A model generated the notes under the pieces. That model was not told the DNA's origin. It did not search any database and was given only the letters and a program-made list of their open reading frames with translations. A stretch of 49,333 nucleotides of DNA from Capsulimonadales bacterium. GTDB lineage: Bacteria > Armatimonadota > Armatimonadia > Armatimonadales > Armatimonadaceae. The position numbers and the translations under genes are program-made. Below, one piece after another: positions 1 to 8,821 of this stretch (position 1 is the first letter of the stretch; every line of letters starts with the position of its first letter). The DNA lies in NCBI GenBank assembly GCA_033762295.1, contig JANRLW010000115.1:1-49333 (forward strand). Reading direction: 5' to 3'.

Positions 1-489
1 TTCGAGAACGCTCTGCGACTGATCCTGCGCTCGGCGCAGTACCCGCTGACCTACACGCGCGAAAGCGGCGTCTATGTGGTCAAGATCCGCGAGATCGCGA
101 CGACGACCAACGCGGCTCCTCCCCCGGCCCCGCCGGAGGACGACCGCAACGACCGGGTGTACCAGCCTCTGGAGACGATCCAGCTGGTGTACGTGGACCC
201 GGCGGACCTGTCGGCGGCGATCGGCCCGATCACCTTCATCCAGTATAACGTCCGTGGTCAGGGCATGGGTGGTGGCATGATGGGCGGTATGGGCGGTGGA
301 ATGATGGGTGGTATGGGTGGCATGATGGGCGGCATGGGTGGCGGAATGATGGGTGGTATGGGCGGCATGATGGGCGGCATGGGCGGTATGGGCGGCGGAA
401 TGATGGGTGGTATGGGCGGTGGAATGATGGGCGGAGGCTTCGGAGGCGGTATGATGGGCGGAGGCTTCGGAGGCGGACGCGGATTTTAA
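1..489 (+). CDS. 5'-truncated STN/secretin-N-like protein with Gly/Met-rich tail
   Basis: Frame +1 is open from base 1 (FENALRLILRSAQYPLTYTRESGVYVV, STN-like), then a Pro linker, IQLVYVDPADL and (GGMM)n; TAA at 487-489. Confidence 0.65.
   Translation, partial: FENALRLILRSAQYPLTYTRESGVYVVKIREIATTTNAAPPPAPPEDDRNDRVYQPLETIQLVYVDPADLSAAIGPITFIQYNVRGQGMGGGMMGGMGGGMMGGMGGMMGGMGGGMMGGMGGMMGGMGGMGGGMMGGMGGGMMGGGFGGGMMGGGFGGGRGF
262..480 (+). repeat. Low-complexity coding repeat (GGMMGGM)n
   Basis: Degenerate ggc/ggt/atg codon repeats. Confidence 0.9.
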
Positions 490-504
490 GCCCTGCAACC
501 CTTT

Positions 505-530
505 CCCCCTCCCGTCTAAACGGGAGGGGG
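505..530. terminator. Hairpin between convergent genes (terminator or REP-like)
   Basis: ccccctcccgt-ctaa-acgggaggggg, 11-bp stem. Confidence 0.7.
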
Positions 531-578
531 GATTTCGTAACGTTGGTTCCACCGTCGGAGAGATCGAGGTGAGAGGGT

Positions 579-1379
579 TTACCTGGTCAGAACCTTCCAG
601 TTCTTGTAAAAGAGATAGTTGATACCGCGCAGAAAGACCCGCAAACCGTCAACGACCACCGAAAGCAGTGCGGTTAACGGCGACGGCCGGAGAATATCGA
701 CGAAGAGACAGTAGCGCGCTTTGTCGGACTCGTTGAATGACTGGTGCAGAAGCGTATCATCAAAGATGAAAAGCTTTTCATCGCACCAGTAATGCTTGAC
801 CTTTCCCACTTCGATATAGGCCGAATTGTCCTCCATCGTGTTGATGTTGTACAGCACGCGCAACGTCGCCCGAAGCGGTCCGAAATGGCGCGACGTGGAC
901 TCCCGTTGATTGAAGACGGAAACCCCGATCGTTCGTATGTAGCGATATTTCTCCTGGAAGGCGGGGGCATGGACGAATGTTTCCACATTTGCGCCATACC
1001 ACTTGAAAAAGATCATTGTCCGCGGCTGAGTTCGGGTCCTTTCCTCCAGTTGACCGACCAGATCGATCTCATGACTCTCGTCGATCAGTTTGCGGATCTC
1101 CTGTTGATACGACTTCGGCAGGTCCTCCAGGCGATAAATCCCCCGGTTCGTGTACGGCAGCGCCAGGATATCCATCAGAATATTGAACGGTGACAGAATC
1201 CAGGTCAAAAGCCCGTTGCCGAAAAAATACTGCAGAACGACGGAGGTATCGAGTTTGCGATTCCGTACCACGTCATAGGTTCCGCACAACAGGAAAAACG
1301 CGGTCCACCAGGGGAAGAAATAGGCGAGCGGTACGAGAATCACCAGCGCCTTGAGGATCGTCCGAGTCGTTTTTTTCAC
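579..1379 (-). CDS. Aspartyl/asparaginyl beta-hydroxylase domain membrane protein (LpxO-like Fe/2OG oxygenase)
   Basis: N-terminal TM segments; RHFGP and FIFDDTLLHQSFN motifs; RYCLFVDILRP. Confidence 0.8.
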   Translation of the reverse strand: MKKTTRTILKALVILVPLAYFFPWWTAFFLLCGTYDVVRNRKLDTSVVLQYFFGNGLLTWILSPFNILMDILALPYTNRGIYRLEDLPKSYQQEIRKLIDESHEIDLVGQLEERTRTQPRTMIFFKWYGANVETFVHAPAFQEKYRYIRTIGVSVFNQRESTSRHFGPLRATLRVLYNINTMEDNSAYIEVGKVKHYWCDEKLFIFDDTLLHQSFNESDKARYCLFVDILRPSPLTALLSVVVDGLRVFLRGINYLFYKNWKVLTR

Positions 1380-1513
1380 GATGGCACTCTTTTTGAAAGA
1401 TTGGTCCGGTTTGCGGGTTGCGACCCGGTTGCCGTACCCGGCTTAGTATATCCCAGAAAAGAGAACGGCTTCCGGGGAGTTCCCGGAAGCCGCGAGTTCC
1501 GTATCTCGAACTA

Positions 1514-2630
1514 TCAGGGTTCCTGACCGGTTGCACTTCTCCAGGCATTGAGGCTGTCATACTCCGTCGCACCCCAGATCGCATGGAAAAACGGTGTCAG
1601 ATAGCAGTTGTCCCGGAAGAGCAGGTTTGGCTGCAGGGCGAGGTCGGGCACTTTGATCATTGTCCGATTGCCCTGAGGAATGAACAGGTTTCTCCGAATG
1701 GTGACATTGACATTCGTCATTCCGTCCTTTACCTGCAGGACGCCAAACGGTCCCTCCGCCGTCGGAAGCGGGTTGTTGCCGAAGATGAAGGTGTTCCCCT
1801 CGACCAGAAGACCGTCCATACCTCCGCCAAAGGTAAACCCGCCGCCATTGCTTATTCCGTCGTTCACGCTGAGATTGTAACGGACTTTGTTGTTTCGCAT
1901 CGGACGGGCCGAGTAAAATTCGTAGACGAGGAAGCCACTGCCAAAGTTATCGTGGCTGTAATTATACTCCATGACGCAGTTGACGCAGCCGCCATCGAGA
2001 TCGAATCCACCGCCGTCGATGGTCATCGACCGGTTTCGATAACTCTCATTGAACCGGATCACGACGTTTTTGGATTCCCAGGCCCAGATACCGACCGGCC
2101 CGCCCCCCTTGTGATCGTTCTTCGCCCCGTTCTCGAAGGCGACACTACATTCGATCATTCCGTTCTCCACATCCGAGAGAACGATTCCGTTGCCGCTGTT
2201 ATTGCCTTTGTTGGCGAAACCGGTGTTTCGATAGGCGCAGCATCCGCCGACGTAGACGTTCTCATGGCTGTAGCCGGGGATGAGCGACTCCGGAAAATCC
2301 GGACCGTAGTAGGAGTTAAAACTTCCGTAGGTGTAAATCCCGCCGTCGCCATTGTCGTGGGCGACGACATTGGTAATCCGAACGTTTTTGAAACCGGTCT
2401 TGATCGCGACATAGTTCTCGTAATCGTAGACATACGCGCCGATCGAGACGCCGTTGACACCGAAACCGCTCACTTCGACGTTGTGGATTTGAACCGTATC
2501 CAGCTTGTTGCCGACGATCGGAATATCGGAAAAGAAGGAGATTCCGTCCTTTAGATTGCCATTATCGCGTCCGACCCCTACCGCATTTAGGTTCTCGATG
2601 CGGATTCCGGCGGTGTCGTAGGCGAAGCGC
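1514..2630 (-). pseudogene. Right-handed parallel beta-helix (pectate lyase-like) protein apparently missing its N-terminus
   Basis: Repeated beta-helix motifs (GNNSGNGIVL, DGGGFDLDGG, YNYSHDNFGSG); no signal peptide; the ORF-track start lies inside prepilin-coding DNA in another frame. Confidence 0.6.
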
Positions 2631-2741
2631 CTGGGCGAAAACCGGGAAAACGATCGCCGCAAGTATGGCAATAATAGCGATTACTATTAAAAGTTCTATC
2701 AGCGTAAAGCCGAACCGCACGGATACACCGCTCCTACGCAT
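2562..2741 (-). pseudogene. Truncated prepilin-type N-terminal cleavage/methylation gene (59 aa)
   Basis: Hand translation: [38 protein letters not shown] then unrelated residues and TAA at 2564-2562; not in the ORF track. Confidence 0.8.
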
Positions 2742-2938
2742 AGTTGGAACGCCCTTTCAACAGGAGATACCGGGATCCCCAGCGGAACCCGGTCGTTATA
2801 ACAGATACGCCCAATCCGAGTTTCGGCGAGATATGTTTGGCTGCTTAGGAAGACAAACCGAAGGAAGAAGAAATTTATTGTTCTTGACGACTTACCATAA
2901 GGTTTACGGGAAGGGCGTGAGCCTCGTGCGTAGGTGCG

Positions 2939-4738
2939 TTAGCCGCCGTGCGGAACGTCCACCGGACGCTCACGGTGCGTCATCACCCAGTCGCCGTTCT
3001 CCGCCAGAGACTCCTGCCCCAGTTCCGTCAGCAGTTGTCGCGCCTCCTCGTACTCGCCGGCGGCAAGACGCCGATGCAAACGATGTTCCGCCAGCACGAA
3101 AAGATGGCCCATCCGTTCATACTGCCTGGCATGCTCGGACAGAGCCCGTTTGTCGACGTAGGTATGCAGCGCCCCGGCCAGGGCGGCGAGCAGGAAAACG
3201 GCGATAATCAGCAGTTTGTGGGCCAGGGGATACCCGTGCATCCAATCCTGAACCGGCGACGGAATCAGTTCCGCCAGCGCCGTGAGCAGAGCGACCACCG
3301 GGCTGGTGGCGATCAGCACCTGAATCGCCTCCTCCAGACGTTCCAGACGGCTCTCCTCCCGATGCGTCGCCCGCTCGAAATACCGCGCCTGATCCGCCAC
3401 CCAGTGTTTCTGAACGTACCCGAGATGCTCCGCCGTTCCGAGCGGCGCGGTTCCCTCAGCGCCGGCATTCTCCGAAAGGTTCCGGATCGCGATCCGTATC
3501 CAGTCCAGTTCCCCCCGCTGCTTCCGCAGGTAGTTGTCGGCGACCGAGGTCCCGATTCCGGCAAGCCTCCAAAAAAACTCCACGCGCAACCCTTCGGCCA
3601 GGGCACGATAGTCCTGATACCGATCCTGCCACGCGCCCCGACTGACCGTCGAATACCAGAGAACCCAGGCGACACCGATCATACCCGGAAAGATCAAGCC
3701 CAGGCGAGCGTTATCCGGTGCTAGTTTCGCCGACAGTTCGAACGCGACGCCCGCCAGAAAGACGATGCCTATCAGGAGTTTCAGCATGCCAAAGGTGCGT
3801 TGCTGATACTCCTGCGCCAGCGTATCGGTCAGGGCGTAAGCCTGGCGAAGCGTCCGCAAGGCCGGGTCCAGAGTGGCGGCCGTTTCGTCGGCGATCAGAT
3901 ACCCGGCATTCCTCCGGAGTTTCGCCGACAGATCGGGGTCCGCCTCCGCCCGCAAGACATTCCGGTTGAACTCCTCCATATTGGCGAAGATGCGATCGAA
4001 CGTCGCCTGGGACTCCGGAATGGCCTCGCCCTCTTCCTCGTCCGTTACCTTCTTTCCGGGATAGTACCGGTTCAGGGTAAACGGCTCCCCTTTCAGTTCA
4101 GGATGGTGACGCCGTGGGGTGACGATATGGTAGACCGGCCCGGTCTCCGGCGGATCGAGCGTGCTGCCGGAAGCGGATTCGGTTTCGAGCAGGGTCGCCA
4201 GCAAACGTTCCGGTATCCCCTCATGCCGGTATTCCAGAATCGTGCCGGTGCCGCCCCCCTCGCCACGGGAAACGCCGTTCCACAGCGCGATCAGGATCTG
4301 GCAGTGACGGACCACGTACGCTCCGACCAGGGCATACTGCTCCGCGCGACACGCCGCGTCACAGACGTTCCCGGCGTCATTTCCGGGCAGATACGGCAGT
4401 TCGAGGGAACGATCGGCCCGCGCCAGTAGCGACCGGAACTCCTCCAGGGACTCGGAAGTCGAAAAATCCTTCTCGTATTCGGCCTGAACCATCGGCAAAG
4501 GCACAATCAACCGGACCCCACGCGCCAGAGCGATCCGGGCGACCAGGCGATCGGCTCCCTCGGCCAGCGGCGAAAGAATATGCAACGGGGTATGGGGATA
4601 TGCGGCTTCCAGTTCGGCGAAAAGGGCGGCGACCTGCGCTTCCAGTTTCGCGGTATCCTCGGGGCGCAGGTCGCGATGTCCGGTGATCCCGACCACCAGC
4701 GGTAAGGGACCATACTTTTTGTCGCCACGGTTTTGCAT
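2939..4738 (-). CDS. SLOG domain fused to two SLATT-like (2TM) domains
   Basis: VGITGHR, SPLAEGADRL, LIALWNG..GGGT (SLOG); two TM pairs with WQDRYQDYRALAEGLR and ELGQESLAENGDW; start refined to ATG at 4738. Confidence 0.8.
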   Translation of the reverse strand: MQNRGDKKYGPLPLVVGITGHRDLRPEDTAKLEAQVAALFAELEAAYPHTPLHILSPLAEGADRLVARIALARGVRLIVPLPMVQAEYEKDFSTSESLEEFRSLLARADRSLELPYLPGNDAGNVCDAACRAEQYALVGAYVVRHCQILIALWNGVSRGEGGGTGTILEYRHEGIPERLLATLLETESASGSTLDPPETGPVYHIVTPRRHHPELKGEPFTLNRYYPGKKVTDEEEGEAIPESQATFDRIFANMEEFNRNVLRAEADPDLSAKLRRNAGYLIADETAATLDPALRTLRQAYALTDTLAQEYQQRTFGMLKLLIGIVFLAGVAFELSAKLAPDNARLGLIFPGMIGVAWVLWYSTVSRGAWQDRYQDYRALAEGLRVEFFWRLAGIGTSVADNYLRKQRGELDWIRIAIRNLSENAGAEGTAPLGTAEHLGYVQKHWVADQARYFERATHREESRLERLEEAIQVLIATSPVVALLTALAELIPSPVQDWMHGYPLAHKLLIIAVFLLAALAGALHTYVDKRALSEHARQYERMGHLFVLAEHRLHRRLAAGEYEEARQLLTELGQESLAENGDWVMTHRERPVDVPHGG

Positions 4739-4769
4739 TTGTCTCGTCCTTTTCCTGTTGTTTCCCGAC

Positions 4770-6509
4770 TTAACGTCGGTAGACCTGGAACCCGGCCAGA
4801 GCAAGCGACTCGGGCAGTTCCCGAATGGTCTGCCGGTTGAACTCCCGGCCCTCCTCCGGCAGTTCCGGCCAGGGCACCAGGTTGGGATTGGTCTTCCGGT
4901 CCGGGTCGCGCGGTCCGAAAGTCCATCCCGCGGCCCGGCGCTCCGCCATCCAGCGCTCATGTTCCATCTGCGCCATCCGCTCGATCTCCTCGGGTGTGAA
5001 GGCGAAGGAGGACGCTTCCCAGTCGGTCAGGGGCGCGATATCGCAACCGATGGACCGCAGTTTGATGCCGATATCGTCCGCCTGGCGGCGATTGGACTCT
5101 TTCCACTCCTCCGAAAGGAACTCCCACGGCACGAGGGTCGGGTTCTGTTGTCCGGTCACGCCCGCCTTGTGCTGGTCGCGCAGGTAACGGGCATGAATGG
5201 CGTGTGCCAGCGCTTCATTAGCCCCGCCGAGAACGAATTCCGGCTGGCAGATCCGCTGCAAGAGGCCGATCGGATGCAGTTTCTCGAACCCGTGTCCGCT
5301 CGCCTGCGTCGATTCCAAAAGCGCTCCGAGGCCGGAATCCTGCGTCATCCGAAGCAGAATCGGTACGGGATGCTGGCGGAACCGGTGCAGGAGCGCCAAT
5401 CCGGCCGAAAGGCTCGCGCCGTCGTTCTCCAGACAGATATAGACGGCGGTGACGGTCACCCGTTTTGCTTCATCGTAGAGAAACGCGCCTCGATGAAACT
5501 CGGCGGAAGGCACGTCCATCACCAGGATTTCCGGATCGCACAGCGAGGCGAACCCCGAATCGTCGGGCCGAAGTTCCTCCAGGAGATCGCCCGTCCGGTC
5601 GATGACCGTGATCCGGAACCGTTCCGTTCCGCGACGGTGCTCGCGCCAGAGCCGAACGGAATGCAAAACGATATTTCGCGCCAATCGGCCTCCGCCGACC
5701 ACCAGGAGATGCGGCGTCCCTTCGACCCGTTCAAACGGCGGGTGCGCGGCCAACATCGCGCGCGCCCCGAGGTCGAAGACGTTGAAAAACTGGAGTCGGA
5801 ACGCGCCGACCGAAGAAATCTCCCAGCGCCGGAGCAAATACCACAGATCGGGATCGACGATATGCGCGGAGCAGGTCAGGGGGTTTCCCTTCCTGTTTTC
5901 GACCAGTTCGCGGGCGCGGGTCGCCACTTCCGCGTTTTTTCCGTCCTCGCCGCAGACGGCAATCAGGTAGCGGGCGCTGCCGACGTTGGCCTTGCGCAGC
6001 ATCTCCGGTTCGGCCGCATCTCCGACCAGCACGATCGCCCCGAGTTCCCGGCAGGCTTCCGACAGAACGTTGGTCTCGTTCTCCTCGATCGCCACGACCG
6101 TCAGGCCACGTTCCCGGAACGCTCGCGTCAGCAGATAGCCCTTCTCCCCCAGTCCGCAGACGACCACATGGTTGCGCAGACGGCGGAGACGCAGTCGCTG
6201 GAGCGAGTCGCTGCGGACAAAGTAGGCGGCAATCGCGGCGGTCGAGACGCCGAGGGTGCCGATCCCGACGAACATCAGGAAGACGGCGACGATCCGCCCG
6301 CCGATCGTCTTCGGGAAAATGTCTCCGTAGCCGATCGTGGTCATCGTTACCAGCGCCCACCAGAGGCTGTCCCCGTACGTCTGCACGGTTTCGTTTCGAC
6401 CGTGTTCGAAGTGGTAGAAGCCGGCGGCGGACAGCAGAGCGATGACAATCACCAGGCTGATGATGGTCAGAAGATAGGTACGCAGGGAGCCTCGACCGGA
6501 TTCATTCAT
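4770..6509 (-). CDS. 2TM K+ channel with two RCK/TrkA-N domains and two C-terminal RyR repeats
   Basis: Filter TMTTIGYGD; Rossmann motifs VVVCGLGEKG and LLVVGGGRLA; RyR-like AHAIHARY..LVPWEFLSEEWKESNR and EHERWMAERRAAGWTFGP.D..RKTNPNLVPW. Confidence 0.88.
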   Translation of the reverse strand: MNESGRGSLRTYLLTIISLVIVIALLSAAGFYHFEHGRNETVQTYGDSLWWALVTMTTIGYGDIFPKTIGGRIVAVFLMFVGIGTLGVSTAAIAAYFVRSDSLQRLRLRRLRNHVVVCGLGEKGYLLTRAFRERGLTVVAIEENETNVLSEACRELGAIVLVGDAAEPEMLRKANVGSARYLIAVCGEDGKNAEVATRARELVENRKGNPLTCSAHIVDPDLWYLLRRWEISSVGAFRLQFFNVFDLGARAMLAAHPPFERVEGTPHLLVVGGGRLARNIVLHSVRLWREHRRGTERFRITVIDRTGDLLEELRPDDSGFASLCDPEILVMDVPSAEFHRGAFLYDEAKRVTVTAVYICLENDGASLSAGLALLHRFRQHPVPILLRMTQDSGLGALLESTQASGHGFEKLHPIGLLQRICQPEFVLGGANEALAHAIHARYLRDQHKAGVTGQQNPTLVPWEFLSEEWKESNRRQADDIGIKLRSIGCDIAPLTDWEASSFAFTPEEIERMAQMEHERWMAERRAAGWTFGPRDPDRKTNPNLVPWPELPEEGREFNRQTIRELPESLALAGFQVYRR

Positions 6510-6545
6510 TGAAAGGCATCATGGCGAATTTTCTCGATCGGTTCT

Positions 6546-6848
6546 TCACGGGCCGGGGGAAATGCCGTTCTTTTCCAGGCGATAGCCGAGAGCGGTGATC
6601 ATCCGTAACGTCTCCATCGCGGTGTTCCGATCGTACTCCTTTTCGATCTCGGACAGTTCTTCGTACGGGATCAGGCAGGGATGCTCCTTCCGCGTATCGT
6701 CCCGTTTCGGACCGTATCGCCAGCCCTCGGACAGCCGCTGCCTGGCCCACACCTCGTGCGTGTTCCGGGCGAGCAGTTCGGTCAGTTCGACCACTTCCGG
6801 CGTCAGAGTGACCCGGGACGTATCCAGGGGTTCGGGTGTATATTCCAT
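6546..6848 (-). CDS. Stand-alone RyR (ryanodine receptor repeat) domain protein
   Basis: YTPEPLDTS..LARNTHEVWARQRLSEGWRYGPKRDD..KEHPCLIPYEELSEIEKEYDR is a canonical RyR repeat. Confidence 0.92.
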   Translation of the reverse strand: MEYTPEPLDTSRVTLTPEVVELTELLARNTHEVWARQRLSEGWRYGPKRDDTRKEHPCLIPYEELSEIEKEYDRNTAMETLRMITALGYRLEKNGISPGP

Positions 6849-6921
6849 CTATCGACTCGCTTTGCCTTTTTCCTCATATCGGCATTCCGGAAGCGGACCC
6901 GAAGGTATGAGACGGTATCCG

Positions 6922-8613
6922 TCATCCTTTAAATCGCAGGTCGATATGGGTTCCGTCACAGAACGGCTTGTTTTGCGACCCGCCGCAACGACAGAGGGTG
7001 ACCCGATTACGGATTTCCGCCGGTTTGCCATCGGCGCGCTCGACCGTCAATCCGCCCATTGCCCAGAGCGGACCGTTGCCGATCACCGAGATCTCCTGCG
7101 GCAGGTGCGGTTCGATTGTCTCGCCGGACGGCAGCAGTTCGTAGGTCAGGGCGCCGCTCGGGCAGCGTTCGATCATCGCGATCACCTGCGATCGCACGGC
7201 GATGTCGTCGGTCTTTTCGGCCATCTCCCAGACATCGGTCACTTTATTTTCGCAGAAGGTGGCGAACGCGCAGAGGGTCCGGTCATGCTTCACAGTCAAC
7301 TGCGTGCCCGGATACGGCACGGCGCGATCGGCACGCGGCGCAGGATCGGCGGTCTCGGTTCCGTCGAAGCGCTCTGCGACATGGCTGCCATCGCAGTACG
7401 GTTTGGCATCCGACTTGCCGCAACGGCAGAGGGCGCAGAACTCGCCGGTATCCACCGGACCCTCGCGCCGCCAGGTAAGCGGTTCGCCCTGTTCAGAAAC
7501 GATCGCGCTCTTGCGCCGGATCGGGATTCCGCCCTCCACAATGTAGGGGCCGTTCGGACGAACGGCGATCCGGGGCGATTTTCGCCGTCCGTAGCCGGGC
7601 GGGACATACTCGAATGTCAGGCCGACCGTCGTTTCTCCGTCCCCCGAGGGCATCCGCACCAGTTCCAGAGCGCGGTATCGTACCTCGTACATCAGGCCGA
7701 CGGCCACCGCCATTCGTCCCGGTTCGCCGTTGAAGCTGCGGTGCATCTCCCGGAGCATCACGGAGTAAGCGCCGTTGAAATCCTCCAGGGCGATCCGTTG
7801 CGGACTGTCGACCGCGAAATCGGCGGTTCGGCCGTTCGCGCGTACCGGGAAAACGGCCTCCCAATCGACCGGGAACGGTTCGCCGGTCGGCCCGGATTCC
7901 GGCGTGTCCCCCTCCTGATAGCTGCGCTCGACCAGCAGTTCGTGGAATCGGAAATAGTGCGACAACTCCTGCCGTTCCGGATCGAACATCGTGCGGTCGC
8001 CGTCCCAGATCGAATGATGGTCCATCCCCTCGCCCTGCTCGACGATCTCTTTCAGGGCGGCGAGAGCCGAGTTCAGGTCGAAGACCGGCAGCACCTTGCC
8101 GCTGCCGTAGTAATGGAAGTTTTTGTCGGTCAGCTGTCGGGCAGGGTTCCCCGTAAAGACGCTCTCCTCGCCCAGTTCGTCACAGAGACGGATCAACCCC
8201 TGTTCGAGCGCCTCGTAAAACTGGCCGATGGTTTCGTAATTATCGTCCTCCGGCGGGGCGTCGGCGGGCGCGGGCATCTCAATGCGCAGAACCGTCTCGA
8301 CGAACTCCTTCGAAAACCGTCCGACCGGGACCTGAAACGCCCGATTACTGTGGGTCATGTAGCAGGGATAGGTCGGAATAAATGCCGGATGATCGAGGCT
8401 GGGCGTGCCGCCGATGGCATTGAGAACGTTGGCTGCCAGCGTCATGTGCAGCATCTCCTCGATGGCGACGCTGAGCAGCACCTTCGCCGCCTCGCGATTC
8501 CGGTCGGGATGCAGAGAATACAGCGCGGTCAGGTACGGCGGGAGGGTCGAATGCTCCAGTTCGATCGCCCACTGGAGATGGGTCCGCAGGTCCTCGATGT
8601 TCCGAATAGCCAT
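6922..8613 (-). CDS. Ferritin-like (VioB C-terminal type) domain fused to CDGSH / divergent 4Fe-4S / CDGSH domains
   Basis: AIELEHSTLPPYL, EEMLHM, EQGEG, SHY..F; LCRCGKSDAKPYCDGSH, CAFATFC..CPSGAL, LCRCGGSQNKPFCDGTH; start refined to ATG 8613. Confidence 0.85.
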   Translation of the reverse strand: MAIRNIEDLRTHLQWAIELEHSTLPPYLTALYSLHPDRNREAAKVLLSVAIEEMLHMTLAANVLNAIGGTPSLDHPAFIPTYPCYMTHSNRAFQVPVGRFSKEFVETVLRIEMPAPADAPPEDDNYETIGQFYEALEQGLIRLCDELGEESVFTGNPARQLTDKNFHYYGSGKVLPVFDLNSALAALKEIVEQGEGMDHHSIWDGDRTMFDPERQELSHYFRFHELLVERSYQEGDTPESGPTGEPFPVDWEAVFPVRANGRTADFAVDSPQRIALEDFNGAYSVMLREMHRSFNGEPGRMAVAVGLMYEVRYRALELVRMPSGDGETTVGLTFEYVPPGYGRRKSPRIAVRPNGPYIVEGGIPIRRKSAIVSEQGEPLTWRREGPVDTGEFCALCRCGKSDAKPYCDGSHVAERFDGTETADPAPRADRAVPYPGTQLTVKHDRTLCAFATFCENKVTDVWEMAEKTDDIAVRSQVIAMIERCPSGALTYELLPSGETIEPHLPQEISVIGNGPLWAMGGLTVERADGKPAEIRNRVTLCRCGGSQNKPFCDGTHIDLRFKG

Positions 8614-8774
8614 CTGGTTTTTCCACCGGCGGCAGGCCGGGTATCCGTCGGTAAGAATTCGTGACGTCCCTATTTTATCGTGATCCGGGGGCGGGTAATC
8701 GGGCGTTTGCGGCGGGTCTTTCAAAAGTCAGGGAGCGGTCGGGCAACCGTTCTCCTCCGTACGACGATCTTCCC

Positions 8775-8803
8775 GCCTCCGCCGCCACAAAAGCGGCGGA
8801 GGC
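8775..8803 (-). terminator. Hairpin downstream of AGE-like gene
   Basis: gcctccgccgc-cacaaaa-gcggcggaggc, 11-bp stem; no strong U-tract. Confidence 0.55.
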
Positions 8804-8821
8804 AGGATACGGACGATCCGT

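Noticed and set aside
262..480. Contingency microsatellite
   Set aside because: Codon-degenerate in-frame amino-acid repeat, not a perfect slippage tract
6922..8613. Violacein or indolocarbazole pathway (vioB)
   Set aside because: Only the ferritin-like domain is present; no large heme domain or tryptophan oxidase gene
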